Source: Dicyema japonicum (taxonomy: Eukaryota; Animalia; Dicyemida). From it: a stretch of 64,000 nucleotides of DNA. The stretch spans positions 1,161,071-1,225,070 of the forward strand of contig RDEW01000003.1 in the NCBI GenBank assembly GCA_011109175.1, in the 5' to 3' direction. A model generated the notes under the pieces. The model was not told the origin of the DNA. It saw nothing but the letters and a program-made list of their open reading frames with translations, and made no database searches. A program made the position numbers and the translations under genes. This document shows positions 1-11,880 of this stretch, piece by piece; position 1 is the first letter of the stretch, and every line of letters begins with the position of its first letter.

Positions 1-400
1 ATTGCGTGGGGACTAGGAGCGGCCGGATTCCCTGTCCAGTTGGACCCTTTCGGACTGGCCCCAGCTAACAAAAGGCTTGGCGGAACAACTCTCTTTTCAT
101 GGAAAGTGGTAGATACTTCTCCTGTGGTGCCACCTGTGTGTAGCTTCTCTCCCTCCAACCATACAATGACAGCAACTAACCCACAATGAGCTTCGGAGAA
201 ATCTGAGACACTAAAGAAGAAATATAAATGTCTGGGTCAACAGTTCATCTTTGAGCCAGTCACCTTGGAAACATCAGGACTAATACAAAGCAGATCACTA
301 ATTCTGCTGTATCGCAAGGAGGAAAAATTAAAAGAACTTGCTCATTGATTGCATTTCCTCGGAGATCGTCAGGGAAAATGCGCTCTCGATTCTGAGTGCA
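1..400 (+). mobile_element. Degenerate 3' fragment of a CRE-like (restriction-like endonuclease) non-LTR retrotransposon
   Basis: Broken frames read AGIPCPVGPFGL...TTLFSWKV and FIFEPVTLETSG, matching the better-preserved copies at 455 and 23359. Boundaries approximate. Confidence 0.55.
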
Positions 401-454
401 ACCAGTATTTTTAACTGTCAGTTTTTATCAAGATATAATTTTAATATTATGGTG

Positions 455-1050
455 AGGCTGTGAGAATAGCTACCTCGCTTCGTCTTGGTCTTAAATTGTG
501 TGCCGAAAGAAAATGCCGCTGTGGACGTTGGATCGATCCTTTTGGTTATCATCCCTTGTCATGCAAGATGAGTGCGGGTTGTTTCCCCAGGCACTCCTGT
601 CTTAACATGGCATTAAAGAATTCCCTTGCCTCTGCTGGACACCATTACCTGTTAGAACCTGCTGGTCTTTCCCGAAACGATGGAAAACGCCGTGATGGGA
701 TGACGACTTTTCCATTCGCCAACGGACGAAACCTGATCTGGGACGCGACGTGTGTCGATACTTATTCCCCATCTAATTTGGTTGCTTCTGCTTCGATCCC
801 AGGACATGCTTCGAAGCAGGCCGAGGAACGAAAGAGAAGGAAGTACCAGAGAATTTCGAAGTAGTATCTTTTTGTTCCATTCGCGGTGGAAACGTCAGGA
901 ATCCTTGGCCCCCAAGCAGATGAGTTGGTTCGTAAGATCGGCTCCATGATTCAAGCTGTGACCAAGGATCCGCGAGAGACTGGTTGTTTCCGAGAACGTA
1001 TCTCGTTGGCTATTGTTAGGGGAAATAGCATGGCCATTCAGATGCATTAA
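455..1050 (+). mobile_element. 5'-truncated CRE-like non-LTR retrotransposon, zinc-knuckle plus RLE endonuclease end
   Basis: CRCGRWIDPFGYHPLSC...RH, GKRxDG...WDATCVDT, FVPFAVETSG, RERISLAIVRGN. Near-identical to 23560-24155. Confidence 0.85.
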
Positions 1051-1190
1051 TTTAATTTTTATTCATTTATTGATAATAAAACCATTTATTAAAAAAAAAT
1101 TTATTACGAACAAGACAGATATTAATTATAAAATAAAAAAATAAAATAATTATTCAATTTCATGAAAAGAATAATAATAGAATTATGTGT

Positions 1191-1506
1191 GGCATAGTGG
1201 TTAGGTGTCGGGCTTAAGTGGCTTAGGCTACGGGTTCAAATCTCGCTGCTGTTCACCTGGTGAAAGGTTCCACGCATCAACGATGCAGAAATGGTTTGAC
1301 GAGTGACGCCGTCATCAGTGAATACTCACTGCTGAACTGGATTGTCTAGAAAGGACACTCACACAAGAAAACGAAAAAAAGAAGTGAAGATCATTCTTGG
1401 TTCTACGATTAGTTAAAATTAACTGTTCTTTACTTAAATAAAGTGTGTGTCCTGCCTATGCGGAGCTATAAATACTATGGCTCTCGTGAAAAGGCTTGAT
1501 TATTAT
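1191..1506 (+). mobile_element. tRNA-derived SINE (family A), full-length copy
   Basis: A-box TGGCATAGTGG and B-box GGTTCAAATC, TTA-type tail, flanked by a perfect 19-bp direct repeat TAATAATAGAATTATGTGT (1172-1190 and 1507-1525). Dispersed homologues elsewhere in the window. Confidence 0.82.
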
Positions 1507-2669
1507 TAATAATAGAATTATGTGTTCATATTGCTCTTCCCATGTCCAATGAGAAGAGCTGTTCAGGATTCCCGACCCCACTGGACTCGTCCTCTCCCTT
1601 GTCGGTCTGGGATCATTTAGTCAGTTGAGAACTTTTTATTTTTCTTTTTAACCCAGTGATCCTGGAAATAATAATAAAATCAAATTTTGAATATGTGATC
1701 GCCTGTCTCAGGTGGCGCCCAGTGACAGGCTGGGACGAAAAGTGAACATTTGCTCTCCTCCATTCTACTGAAGGGGTTTCCACAACTGCAAGGAATGGAT
1801 GTCTTTTACTTTTTATGCTGGTTCCGGATGGACTTGTGTGACGTTGAAAGACTCTGTTTTATTGACTGTGGAAACTGGATACACATAATTAGTTGTTTAC
1901 TGTTAACTTCTTTCTCGGTGTATCGGGGATTTTTTGGAGACATTAGAAGCTCGTTGGAAAAATCAAATTGAAGACAGACGTGTCGCAAAGTCTAATATTT
2001 TCAACCTGATTATCTCAGGGACTCACACACAAAAAAAAAAAATAAGTGCCAGATACAAAACCATTTGGCAACAAGGTGCGGTCGTATGTTAAACAGCGAC
2101 TACCTGCGAAGGCACAATGAGGTGGTTAAATGCATACATCTGCACCTGTGTTATATCTCAATAATCGACAAAGCACGTCGAAAATCCAATAATCGATAAA
2201 GCAAGCACGTCGAAGACAGAAGGCACAGTATGATCTCTGCAAACAAACTCGGATTAATACACAAAGCAAAAGTGTAAATAGTCTCGGTAGTTTTGACTTG
2301 GGATGGGATCGAAAGCCTTGAAGCAGGAATATCCACGATTAATAAGACAGCAGAGAATATTCTTAATAGATAAAAAGATGAAGTGGGAATTTCGAACGAG
2401 TAGAAGGAGTCTAAGAGTAACCCCCACAACATAAATATTGGTTGGGCATACCAAAGGGTTGCGGGAATAGGATATCTTTATTGGAATGATCTACAAAATG
2501 CGTGCTGTTAAACATGTTATTGCTTGAAAAGGACAACCTAACTCATGACTTCCCAAACTATTTAATAAAAAAAACGTAAAGTGTGAGTGGGGTAGGGTCA
2601 AAAAAGACGAATTGACACAAAACACATCAATTTATTGTAATAAATATGGATGATTGAATGAAACGAATG

Positions 2670-2741
2670 TCCCCTGTAGTATAGTGGTTAGTATACCGCG
2701 TTGTCATCGCGGTGACCTGGGTTCGATTCCCAGCGGGGGAG
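2670..2741 (+). tRNA. tRNA-Asp: tRNA-Asp (anticodon GTC)
   Basis: 72 nt cloverleaf: acceptor TCCCCTG/CGGGGGA, anticodon arm CCGCG-TTGTCAT-CGCGG, T arm CTGGG-TTCGATT-CCCAG. Confidence 0.93.
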
Positions 2742-3089
2742 TTAATATTTATTCAAAAAAAACACATAAAAATTTTATTATTTCAACATCTATTTTTTTA
2801 CTTTTTATTTATTTAATGGCTACTGCATCGACGAACGTGTGGAAGAATGTATTTAATTATACTCTCATGTGCGACGAATGTACACCAAACTATTTTTGGC
2901 TTCACAAATCGCATTTACAGCTCATTCTGACTTCCCAAATGCAGACTCTACCAAGCGAAGGTAACCGGAAAAATACTCGTCTTTTGGATATCGTTATCGA
3001 AAACCTCTGTAGCGGGTTGAAAAAATCAATAAAGTAGTTATTAAAAAATGACTCAGAGATCCTCGATAGTTCAAAAATCTTGGATGACT

Positions 3090-3310
3090 TGAAGTTCGCA
3101 ACCCTGTTTACATTTCTCTCCCTGCACATCTCTCGTCGCTAATGGCCTTTCAAGAGGATTCTACACTCCCTCCTAATTTCTATACTGAACAGGACGCCGG
3201 TCATGCCCGTGAGGCCTGGAGCCGTACCTATCAGATCGACTGTTTGGCCTACACCGTCTCTCATGCAGGAAGAGTGCAGGCAGAATAGCCACACAGTCAG
3301 GGCAACCGCT
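3090..3310 (+). mobile_element. Degenerate CRE-like fragment
   Basis: GLHRLSCRKSAGRIA corresponds to the HPLSC...GR..RH block of the other copies. Confidence 0.5.
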
Positions 3311-5761
3311 GTATGACTATTTTTTCATTTTTTTGTTTTAAATAAAATAATAAAAATTGGTCTGTAGCTTGCCGGATCTCTCTTTGGCTTCCCTGGTTTT
3401 GGAATCATCTTCACAACAGCTTTCTTCATATTAAAGGGAGATGGCCAAATCATAAACACATCAAAAAACATCTTAGATAGTCAAATAAAACATCCTGACC
3501 CTCTTTGATAAATTTCATTGATATGTGGTCATATCCTGGAGCATTAACCTTGGATTCCCTGATAGCCGTCATCACTTCAATTTTTGCGCCTCTTTCTCAG
3601 CCTAAACTCATTCTTAACCGGTTACAATTATTAATGTTTTTTTTCTAAGTCCAATAAAAAATGGACAAAATAAGAAATTGTTAAAATTCCTTCAACGGAC
3701 GGTGACATATTATTTTCGGCAGAAACAATTATTTAATACAAAAAAAGTTAGTGAGATAATTTTTTTCATTTTTGACGAATTTTTTGAAATCTCGGTGTCA
3801 TTGAGGCAAGTGCAACTCGTAGTGCACTAATAAACGAGTTCGATAGATTTCATTGCATCTAGTGCAAAAAATCCAGTTTCGCAACAAAACTTAAGACATT
3901 TGTGCAATAAAAATATCTCAACACCTTACCATAAGACCAATTTATTATTTAATAATTTTACTTCCTATTTTACCTGTTTCCATGGTAACATTTTTGCGGT
4001 TTTAATTTACGATTTTAATAAATGGTTCAAATGAAACTTATTAGACTCATCCCTCTTTCAATACTTTGGGTTTTAGATATCTCCTGAGTTCATCATCACC
4101 CCAATACTCACAAAAAGAAAAAAAGACAAAAAATTTAATTTATCGTCTCATGCAATCATAAAACTATAATGACATTAATTTTCCGACGATAAACAACTTG
4201 GTGTACTAGAATAAGCCTTAAAAATTTGATTTTTTTGAAAAAGATCAAAAAATTATAAATAAGATAATTAGTGACTTATTTTTTAGTTTCGTATTTTCTA
4301 TATAATTAACAAAAATTTTAACCCCCATAGTTGTTGAGATAACTGGAGGAATAAGCAGGTAATCGCTTAAAAACTGGGACGTCTGGCTAACTAAAAAGCC
4401 ACGATGCAAGTGAGACTCGGAAAATTTTAACTAAAAGTCGGTAAAATAATTTATTCGACTTAAAAAATATCAAAAATAACTCAAAAAAATTATTTACTTT
4501 ATTTTAGAGGAAGGAAGTTGTGGTTACTTCCCAGGAAGTAAGTTTTTATTTACTCTAGAAACCTCTTTGAATAACAATTTGAATAATATTAAATAATTTT
4601 GAGTTTTTACCAAAAAAACAACTTTATGTTATTTTTATTGGTAATCTTGTTGCACGTGCATAAATCCATCACTACCATCAAATTTTAGCTTAAAATCAAT
4701 TTTAATAAGAAGCAATGTTTTATTTATAAAAATTAATTAAAATTCACAAATCACTATTATCGGACTTAAATAATAGTAGAGGGAATAGAAAAAATATCAG
4801 TCAATTAAAATATTGCTATATTGCAGTATGGACATGATCTACGGTACTAGAAGTTAATATTAAGCAAACCTTTAACCATTTTTTTATGCAGAAAGTGTGA
4901 TATTTGTGACCACAGTGGAGAACTATAGCGATTACATAAGGCGAATAAATTTCCCTGCAAATTGGACAAAAATCATCCTTATCCCAAACTGTCATTTATC
5001 CCGGAACTATATCTTCGTTTTTATAACCAAGATCGGCGTAAAAATCCGTAACATTTGGAATATTTTGCCGTAAAACGAACGGAATGTTACAATTTTCGGT
5101 ATAATAATGAAAATGACAATTTATGCGTATAACCTAGCATTTTGAATAATTATTTATTTTTATAATTTTATTTTTTATTTACAAAAAAAAAAGAAAAAAT
5201 TAGAATTAAGGAAATCAGTCTAAACTTAATTACCATTCCCTTCTGTCTGCCGAGTCAACGCTAGGTTCAAGGACGTCCTCTGAGTGGGAAGAGATGAAAT
5301 TTCTGAGTCTTTTAGGTAAAGCGCAAGGCGAATGTCAGAAGGTTTTAAAATTTACCACAGCGAAAGAGCAGATCAGCTTACTTCATCCACTTAAATGTTT
5401 CTGTTTTCTCAGGGAATAATGATGTATACAATCTGAAAGATGCTGGACATCCCAACATGTGTGTCAGTACAAGTGATTATTATCTCATCTCCTTGTCCCA
5501 ACACAAGTCAACTGAGTCATCAATTTTAAGTTTATATTTATTAATAGTTTTTTCTCTCTTATTTTTGTTGACTCATTTTGGCCAGAAAACCCTGTATAAT
5601 TGACTAGCGACCTGAGTCTAACGGCACTCGCAAAAATATATACATGCTCAAGCCTTTCACTATCGATACACCTGACACTCAACATGAACATCAATAACAT
5701 CACAAAACACGATTCAGTGATTGTCGACTCCTACTTATAATAACAATATTCGCACTTTCCG

Positions 5762-6050
5762 AGGAGCCATATCAGTTATAGCTTCCCTCAGGCAGAACGC
5801 ACTTTATTTTAGCAAAGAACAGTTATAATAGCTAATCGAGGGAGGATCAAGGAATGCTCTTCACTTCTTTGTTTTCTTTTTTTGGGTGTATGTCCTTTAT
5901 AGACAATCGATCCGCAGTGAAGTTCACTGATACGGCGTCAAGCCAAAGCATATTGATGCGTGGAACCTTCAACCAAAATGTGCAGTATCGGATTCGACTA
6001 GCGACCATCAGGCCTCTTGCCCGGCAACCGTCACCCGGCCTCCATGCTTA
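5762..6050 (-). mobile_element. SINE family A copy
   Basis: Reverse complement shares GGTTCCACGCATCAA...CAGTGAA...GGATTG and AAATAAAGTG...CCTG...GAGCTATA with 1191-1506. Confidence 0.7.
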
Positions 6051-6189
6051 TCCCAAAACGTTTATCTTATGTTTTTTTTTCAAATTTAGTGGTTCGGGAG
6101 AAGATTAAATATGTGAATCAATTTTATATACGGAGAATAGCTATAACTGTCCATAATTGTTATTCTATTGACTATCGACGATAAAAAAT

Positions 6190-7778
6190 AAGGGACGTTA
6201 AGGTAATCAAGATTCCTTGAGTTCAAATTTTATGATTTCCATTTCTAATAAACCCAGTATATTCCACAGCCGTCTTTGAGTTTGCATAAAAAATGAATTT
6301 TTAGAATTTGAAATGATTTTTATTAGCTCACCACAGATTGAGTGAATTTTCAAATTCTCTTCTAACCTGTTCGAAGGTAAAATTCTTTTATCACTCAGAG
6401 TTTTTTTTGCGGCTAAAGCTAATTTTTTAGTCATCCAAAGTCCTAAAATTTTCCATCGGTGACTAGTTTCATCTAACAACTTGAACAAAGTCAAAAATTA
6501 AAAATTGCTTAAAATTAATTTGATCACATAAAGAGTGTGCAATAGTGATACGAAAGTTAGTTAAAAAAAAAAAGTCCAATAGAACGAGATTTATTAAGAG
6601 AAAGCAGGTATTCCAACCTCCAAATATATAGCTTTAAGTATAAAATCTGATTTGATTTCCAATAGTTCCATTTGTAAGCAATCTTTTGTATTGGAAACAT
6701 TAAAAGAGAATTGCGCTGTAAATAATAAAAATGTTGTTCAAAAGACGAGAAATCATTAAATTTTTTTGAAATTCCTTTAATAACGATTTTAGTTGTTTTT
6801 CATACTTGGAAAAATTTATTACAGTATGTGCACCAACAGTACTCCTGAGCTCTTTGAACGTAGGAAAATGAACTTAATCTTCATTAATAGCTGAGACTTC
6901 CATAATTTCAAATTCAAAGACATTTCATTAATTTGTGCGGCAACAGTGTCTCTGGTTAACAAATAATTTTTACAAGGCATTGCTTGATGAAATCAGCATC
7001 GAAATATGATTTTCCATTCATTGCAAGCATTCTGCCGATTTCATAGCTTGCAGTAACTGATGCAGTACTTCGATCATGAATTTTTTTCTTAATTGAGTTT
7101 GTAACGATTATGAAAATTTTTTTGCTTAAATCTCCTTTCAATGAGCATACAATTTCTCTTAAACATCTGTAGCTCACAATTGTTTTATGTATAAGTCTTT
7201 CAGATTTTATCCATTCAACCGTTTCTTCCAAAAGTTCCTAATTTACGTGAAATGGTTTGTTTTTATGAATTTGACAAATTTGTATTATTTTTTGCATTTG
7301 CAATGTTTCCACTGCACTCTGACAAATTTTTTAAAGCGGAAAGTTTTTCTTTGACTAACTAACTCATTGATCCTGACTCGTTCCAGCGTTCCAGAACTTG
7401 TCTCCAGGAAACGACATTGTCCCCGAGAAAACAATAGCTGGATCCTCTTGATGCCGGCCAGACATTGGGCGTCTCCTCAGTATTGTGGATCCAATGACGT
7501 CATCGGAGGGAAGAAAAATATTTTTCTATCATCCGTTGTACAAAAATAGAGAAGTTACCATTAATGTTCATAGTTTAAACACCGTTTCTTAGTTCCAGAA
7601 GAAGCACGTGACATTGAAAACCAAGGTTTACAAATACTATTAAGAAAAATTTAATTAAATTTAAAAAAATAACAAAATGATTTTTTGTTTTATAGCCATT
7701 AAATTGAGCCGCACTTAAGCTTGTCAAGGTCCGCATGAAGGCCTCTGCTTGTCGAGGACCGCATGTTTGACACATCTG
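6190..7778 (-). mobile_element. Degenerate hAT transposon (GTF2IRD2/SPIN-like transposase) with one terminus, interrupted by a family B insert
   Basis: SVTASYEIGRMLAMNGKSYFDADFIKQCL at 6956-7231. hAT-type terminus CAGATGTGTCAAACATGCGGTCC reading leftward from 7778. Other terminus not found. Confidence 0.6.
7352..7520 (-). mobile_element. Short LINE-derived element (family B)
   Basis: About 150 bp nearly identical to 8855-9010, ending GAACGAGTCAGGATCAA-TGAGTTAGTTAG on the minus strand. Confidence 0.7.
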
Positions 7779-7979
7779 TTCTAGACTCACCCTTCCGCAG
7801 TCCTGCAATCCGTCTGATTAACCTGATAAACTCAGACGTAGTCAGCCCAATAACGACAGACGCCCCAAAGGAGATCGGCTAGAAAGTGAACCGGTCACCA
7901 ATGCCCGATGCTTCCTCCTTTTTAAATCTTCAGCAGTGCCCGCTGCGGTACCCATGCGCAACGATCAATTAAGATACCA

Positions 7980-8793
7980 TAAATATTTTCCTAAAGTTTA
8001 CCTTTAATTTTTCTTATGATTTCTTTGAAATTGCATTTTCTACAATATCCCCATTAATCAAGCCCATTTTGAACATGATATTGCATCTAGTGACCCTTTT
8101 TATAGCTTCATCTATTTTAGCTACAGGATTTTTATCATAGATAAGTTTTTTCATCGTCCAATTATTAATATAATTTTTAAACGTTTTTTATCACTTGGTC
8201 ACGTGGCTGTATTAAAGAAGTTGTAATTTTGGAAAAAAATACTATTCGATGATTAAATAGTGGATAGACGTACCATGGCAAGTTGCATTATCCATCAGAA
8301 ATGCTATTTTTCTTCTTCTTTTCCTCGTTCTTCGTTAATACGAGATAACCAATTATCAAATATACTTTTTGTTATCCAAGCTTTCTATGAAGCAACCCAT
8401 TCAATGGCAATGACTTTTAGATTTACTCTTCTCAATACTCTTGGCGACTTTGACCGCCCTATTATAAGTGGTTCATATTTTTCTCCAGTGTAGCTGCAAC
8501 ATGAAAGAAGTGAGATTTTATGTCATGGCTACTCGAGGCGGCCGGAATCACCTGACGACTATGTCTTCTTATTTTATGTCAGATGGCAAAAAGCTGGATG
8601 ATTCACTTTTTTTAACAAAACTTTTTTCGACAAAGATTTATAAATAAATTGCCGTTTCATCAAAATCGAAAATATTTTCTTCACCATATTCTTTAAGAAA
8701 TCATTAAATTTTTTATCAAAAGTTTTCTGCTTCTCCTTTTTGCTCCTTTAAGACTTCCTTTAGAAAATGCGTCTTTATACAGACCTGACTGTA
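7980..8793 (-). mobile_element. pogo/Tigger-like DDE transposase remnant
   Basis: Minus-strand GEKYEPLIIGRSKSPR...KAWITKSIFDNWL...TTSLIQPRDQ (DDE_1 motifs). TA-CAGTCAGG terminus at 8793. Related copy at 30700-31450. Confidence 0.62.
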
Positions 8794-8849
8794 TTTCCTA
8801 CATATTATATTTTTTTAATTAAATTAAAATAGTTCCAATGACCAATGGT

Positions 8850-9060
8850 AACCTAACTCTTTGATCCTGACTCGTTCCAGCGTTCCAGAACTTGTCTCCA
8901 GGTAACGACATTGTCCCCCGGTGAAGAATAGTTAGATCCTCTTGATGACGGCCAGGCATTGGGGGTCTCCTCAGTAACGTGGATCCATTGAAATCATCGG
9001 AGGGAAGGAAAATAATTTATGATAAACCATCCACATAGCACTACATGGCGGCACGTGGTT
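8850..9060 (-). mobile_element. Short LINE-derived element (family B), both ends present
   Basis: 5' CCACGTGCCGCCATGTAGTGCTATGTGG, core GGATCCAC...CAATGCCTGGCC...GAGGATC, 3' GTCAGGATCAAAGAGTTAG. Confidence 0.72.
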
Positions 9061-9329
9061 AATCAATCAATTTATTAATATTAAACAAATATTTCGATAC
9101 ATATTTTCCCCACTTGAAGGTTTATTACTAAAAAAATTCATTAAAATGATGAAATCCCAAAATTGCGGTATCCCCAAAACAAGGTCGGACTGTATTACGA
9201 ATATTTAACATTATTTTTTATTAAAAGTTCTTTTTTGAGTATTTGTGCAAATATTGCAATGGATCGCCCAATATTGCTTAAAGTTGATAGTCATTTTTCT
9301 AATGCAAAAGTACGTAATTTATAAAGTAA

Positions 9330-9520
9330 AATCGTTCTAAAGTCCAGCGGATATGATCGAGTGGCTGTTACCTCTGACTACTGCCAGCGATATCCTTTGG
9401 AAAAGCCACTCGGTTTCCCTACGCTCCCACGAGGCTTTGGTCAATAGACACCCAAGTGCTCTAAGGAAAGAAACCGTCTTGGGGCCAAAGACTCCGCTCG
9501 TCTCGACGACGACTGGCTGT
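9330..9520 (-). mobile_element. CRE-like 3' end
   Basis: PVVVETSGVFGP...WLFQRISLAVVRGNSHSI. Near-identical to 21990-22187. Confidence 0.8.
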
Positions 9521-10420
9521 ACATTTTTATAATTAAAAATATTTTTTAATATTAACATTTTTCAAGAAAAAGTTATGAGACAGATGTTGGTTGCAAGGTC
9601 CTCGTTATCCCAATTGTAATGACTTAAAAGGAATTGCAACAAAGTCCCAGACACGGATATCTAAGAAAGTTAGAATTAGATAGGAAGTTCCAGGTCTACC
9701 TACAGTCCACTGTTTTACATCGAACCCTAGAGAATCTTACACTGGAGTACAGGAGGCAGACCCCGGAGATGGTATTATTAACATAAAAATTATATTTTTC
9801 AATTTTTTGAGTATCAACCACAAATAATAATCGAATTATTTACAGCGCTAGTTTAAATTCTTCTTGTTATGCCAAAACGAAACGATTCTGTGTTTAGAAA
9901 AGCTAGAAGAACAGTCTCTAAATTCAAAGATGAATCTTGCGTTACCGATGATGGGATTCTATTTTATCTGCTTTGCTTATCTGTAAAAAATAGTAAAAAA
10001 TATGTAAAAAATAGTCAACTGTTCTAAAATTTTTCGATTAATATTCATAAAAATGACTTTTCCTTGAAAAATGGCATTTTATGGAGGAAATTTTTATAGT
10101 TATGACCTCGTTGCTTGTGCATCAACATTTTTTAGTGAGAACCCTCCACACTCTTTCGAGAATAGGATTTGCGGTGAACATCTAGGACCTCTGCTTTATT
10201 TAGCTTTATTTGCTTTAGTTTTGAATTCCTTTGGTCTTCTTGAATTGCAACAGATAGTATGTGTCTCGGTTGTCCTCGATTCCGCAAGTGCGCTAGAATC
10301 ATGTTTTATTAGATTGTTAGCAGATATTTTTTTATTTTTACGCGAAGTTTTTTTTTAGGTTTTTTTTCGAAATTTAAATTGAAAAGTTCAATTTGTATTA
10401 AAATTAACTGTTAAAGTAAA

Positions 10421-10899
10421 TTATTGTTGATTATCTGTTTCTTGCAGAATTGTGAGAACATCTGGTTCATTTTGACAACCCGTATTCACCACTATGACGT
10501 CATCGTTTTTCTGTAATAAAGAATCAATTAACTTGATTTTTTGTTCTCGATTGCAAGTTCTTCAATATCTCTTTATTTGCTTCGTGAACTTGGTTTTGTA
10601 ACTTTTCTACTGCCCTGGGCCTTCTACTCGTAGTGTTCGCGGCGTTATTCCCAGGAATTCTGTTGGCCATATCCCACGTGCCAATGAATGAACTCCACAA
10701 AGGCTTCGAGGACTTTAAATTTTGGTTGAGATGTCCTCTGTCGTCCGTAATAACTTGAGTAAATCCGTCCAACATTTTTAGACTCTACCACGTGCTATCA
10801 CAAACTTACATTGCGAGACTCAACCGGTACCTCCCAGTTTCTCAGTCTTTTCGGTGTATATGCGTCTTCGTATTGTGAAGCACTAAATAGGATTGACAT
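10421..10899 (-). CDS. CFAP126: Flattop / CFAP126 ciliary microtubule inner protein, 3 exons, 143 aa
   Basis: Spliced over GT-AG introns 10785-10809 (25 nt) and 10511-10532 (22 nt): MSILFSASQYEDAYTPKRLRNWEVP...FTQVITDDRGHL...WSSFIGTWDM. These match the Flattop motifs YSAxQY, LQNW, TQIIANDRGHL and WGSFMGTW. Spliced length 432 nt. Confidence 0.87.
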
Positions 10900-10989
10900 T
10901 TCTGTTGCTATGAAAATATATTTTTATTATTTTAATTTTTTAAGTTTTATTAAAACTTTATTGCAAAAACTAACAGTTAACATGATACG

Positions 10990-11125
10990 AATAAACCATG
11001 GAACGCGCCGTCGTTACTACGAAGGTCCAGTCACTCGACCGATACGTGCTTGTGTGGGGTCGAGGAAGGAGCATCGAGCCAAGATGAGGTCCCTGCTAGT
11101 GCGTGCTGGGATCACTTGATTAGTT
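10990..11125 (+). mobile_element. 3' end of the 2A-bearing LINE family (family C)
   Basis: KEHRAKMRSLLVRAGIT-stop followed by TTAGTTAG, matching EHREKMARLLRDAGIT-stop at the 3' end of 19275-21917. Confidence 0.7.
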
Positions 11126-11399
11126 AGTTTATGTAACCGTGGTCTCTGATGTTATTATTATTACTACGAGCTCCTCTCATGATTGAGAACGCATTTCTGA
11201 CCATTTGCAAGAAAATGGGGTCTCTGAGCCAGCTCCTTTCTCTCCTATCATTTTTTTCGCGATGAGCGATCCTATTCTGTTTAGCAGGAACAGTGACCTG
11301 TTTTCCATGATTCCACGGCGACTTGTTGAAAAATGAACTGTCCACCGAGACATACGCATTTCTTCATCTTTAGGGTCTCAGCCTTCTCCGAAGCAGAGC

Positions 11400-11880
11400 C
11401 TTGGTTAGTTGCTGTCATAACGAGGTTGAAGGAAGAGAGGCTATCCACAACTCTGGACTTGGATAATCTCTAAACGGGAAATGAAACGCCTAGACTCTTT
11501 CCACAGAGCTCAGCTCAAATCGGTGATCAAAATCAACTGGCCTATGAAGATCTCTAATGCAAACCTTTATAATAAATGCAAATCCGGCAATGAGTCAGAT
11601 GATATGTTCCAACCAAGATGGAGCCTCTTTGGCCACGTGTTATGTCTAAATGATCAGGTCATCGCAAATATCTCAATGGACAACTAATTCGAACACACAG
11701 GAGTCGGATTCCGTGGAAAACCAAGAACGACAATTCCTACTATCTTAGATGAAGACCTATCAGCGGTTGATATGAGACTAACTGTGGCGGACGACCTGGA
11801 CGATCCAGAGAACTAGCGCGAAACAGAGATCATGGTCGAGGCTGACGAGAGGATGATTCAGAATACAACACAAGGGAAAC
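11400..11880 (+). mobile_element. RTE-like non-LTR retrotransposon 3' fragment
   Basis: LDSFHRAQLKSVIKINWP...RWSLFGHVL...FRGKPRTTIPTILDEDL, typical of the RTE-clade C-terminus, with stops. Confidence 0.68.

Noticed and set aside
1701-1730. TGGCGCCC resembling an LTR primer-binding site, inside a 7-bp hairpin
   Set aside because: No LTR pair, TG...CA boundaries or gag/pol sequence adjacent.
10000-10330. Coding-looking minus-strand sequence downstream of CFAP126
   Set aside because: Could not build a consistent spliced frame or recognise any motif.
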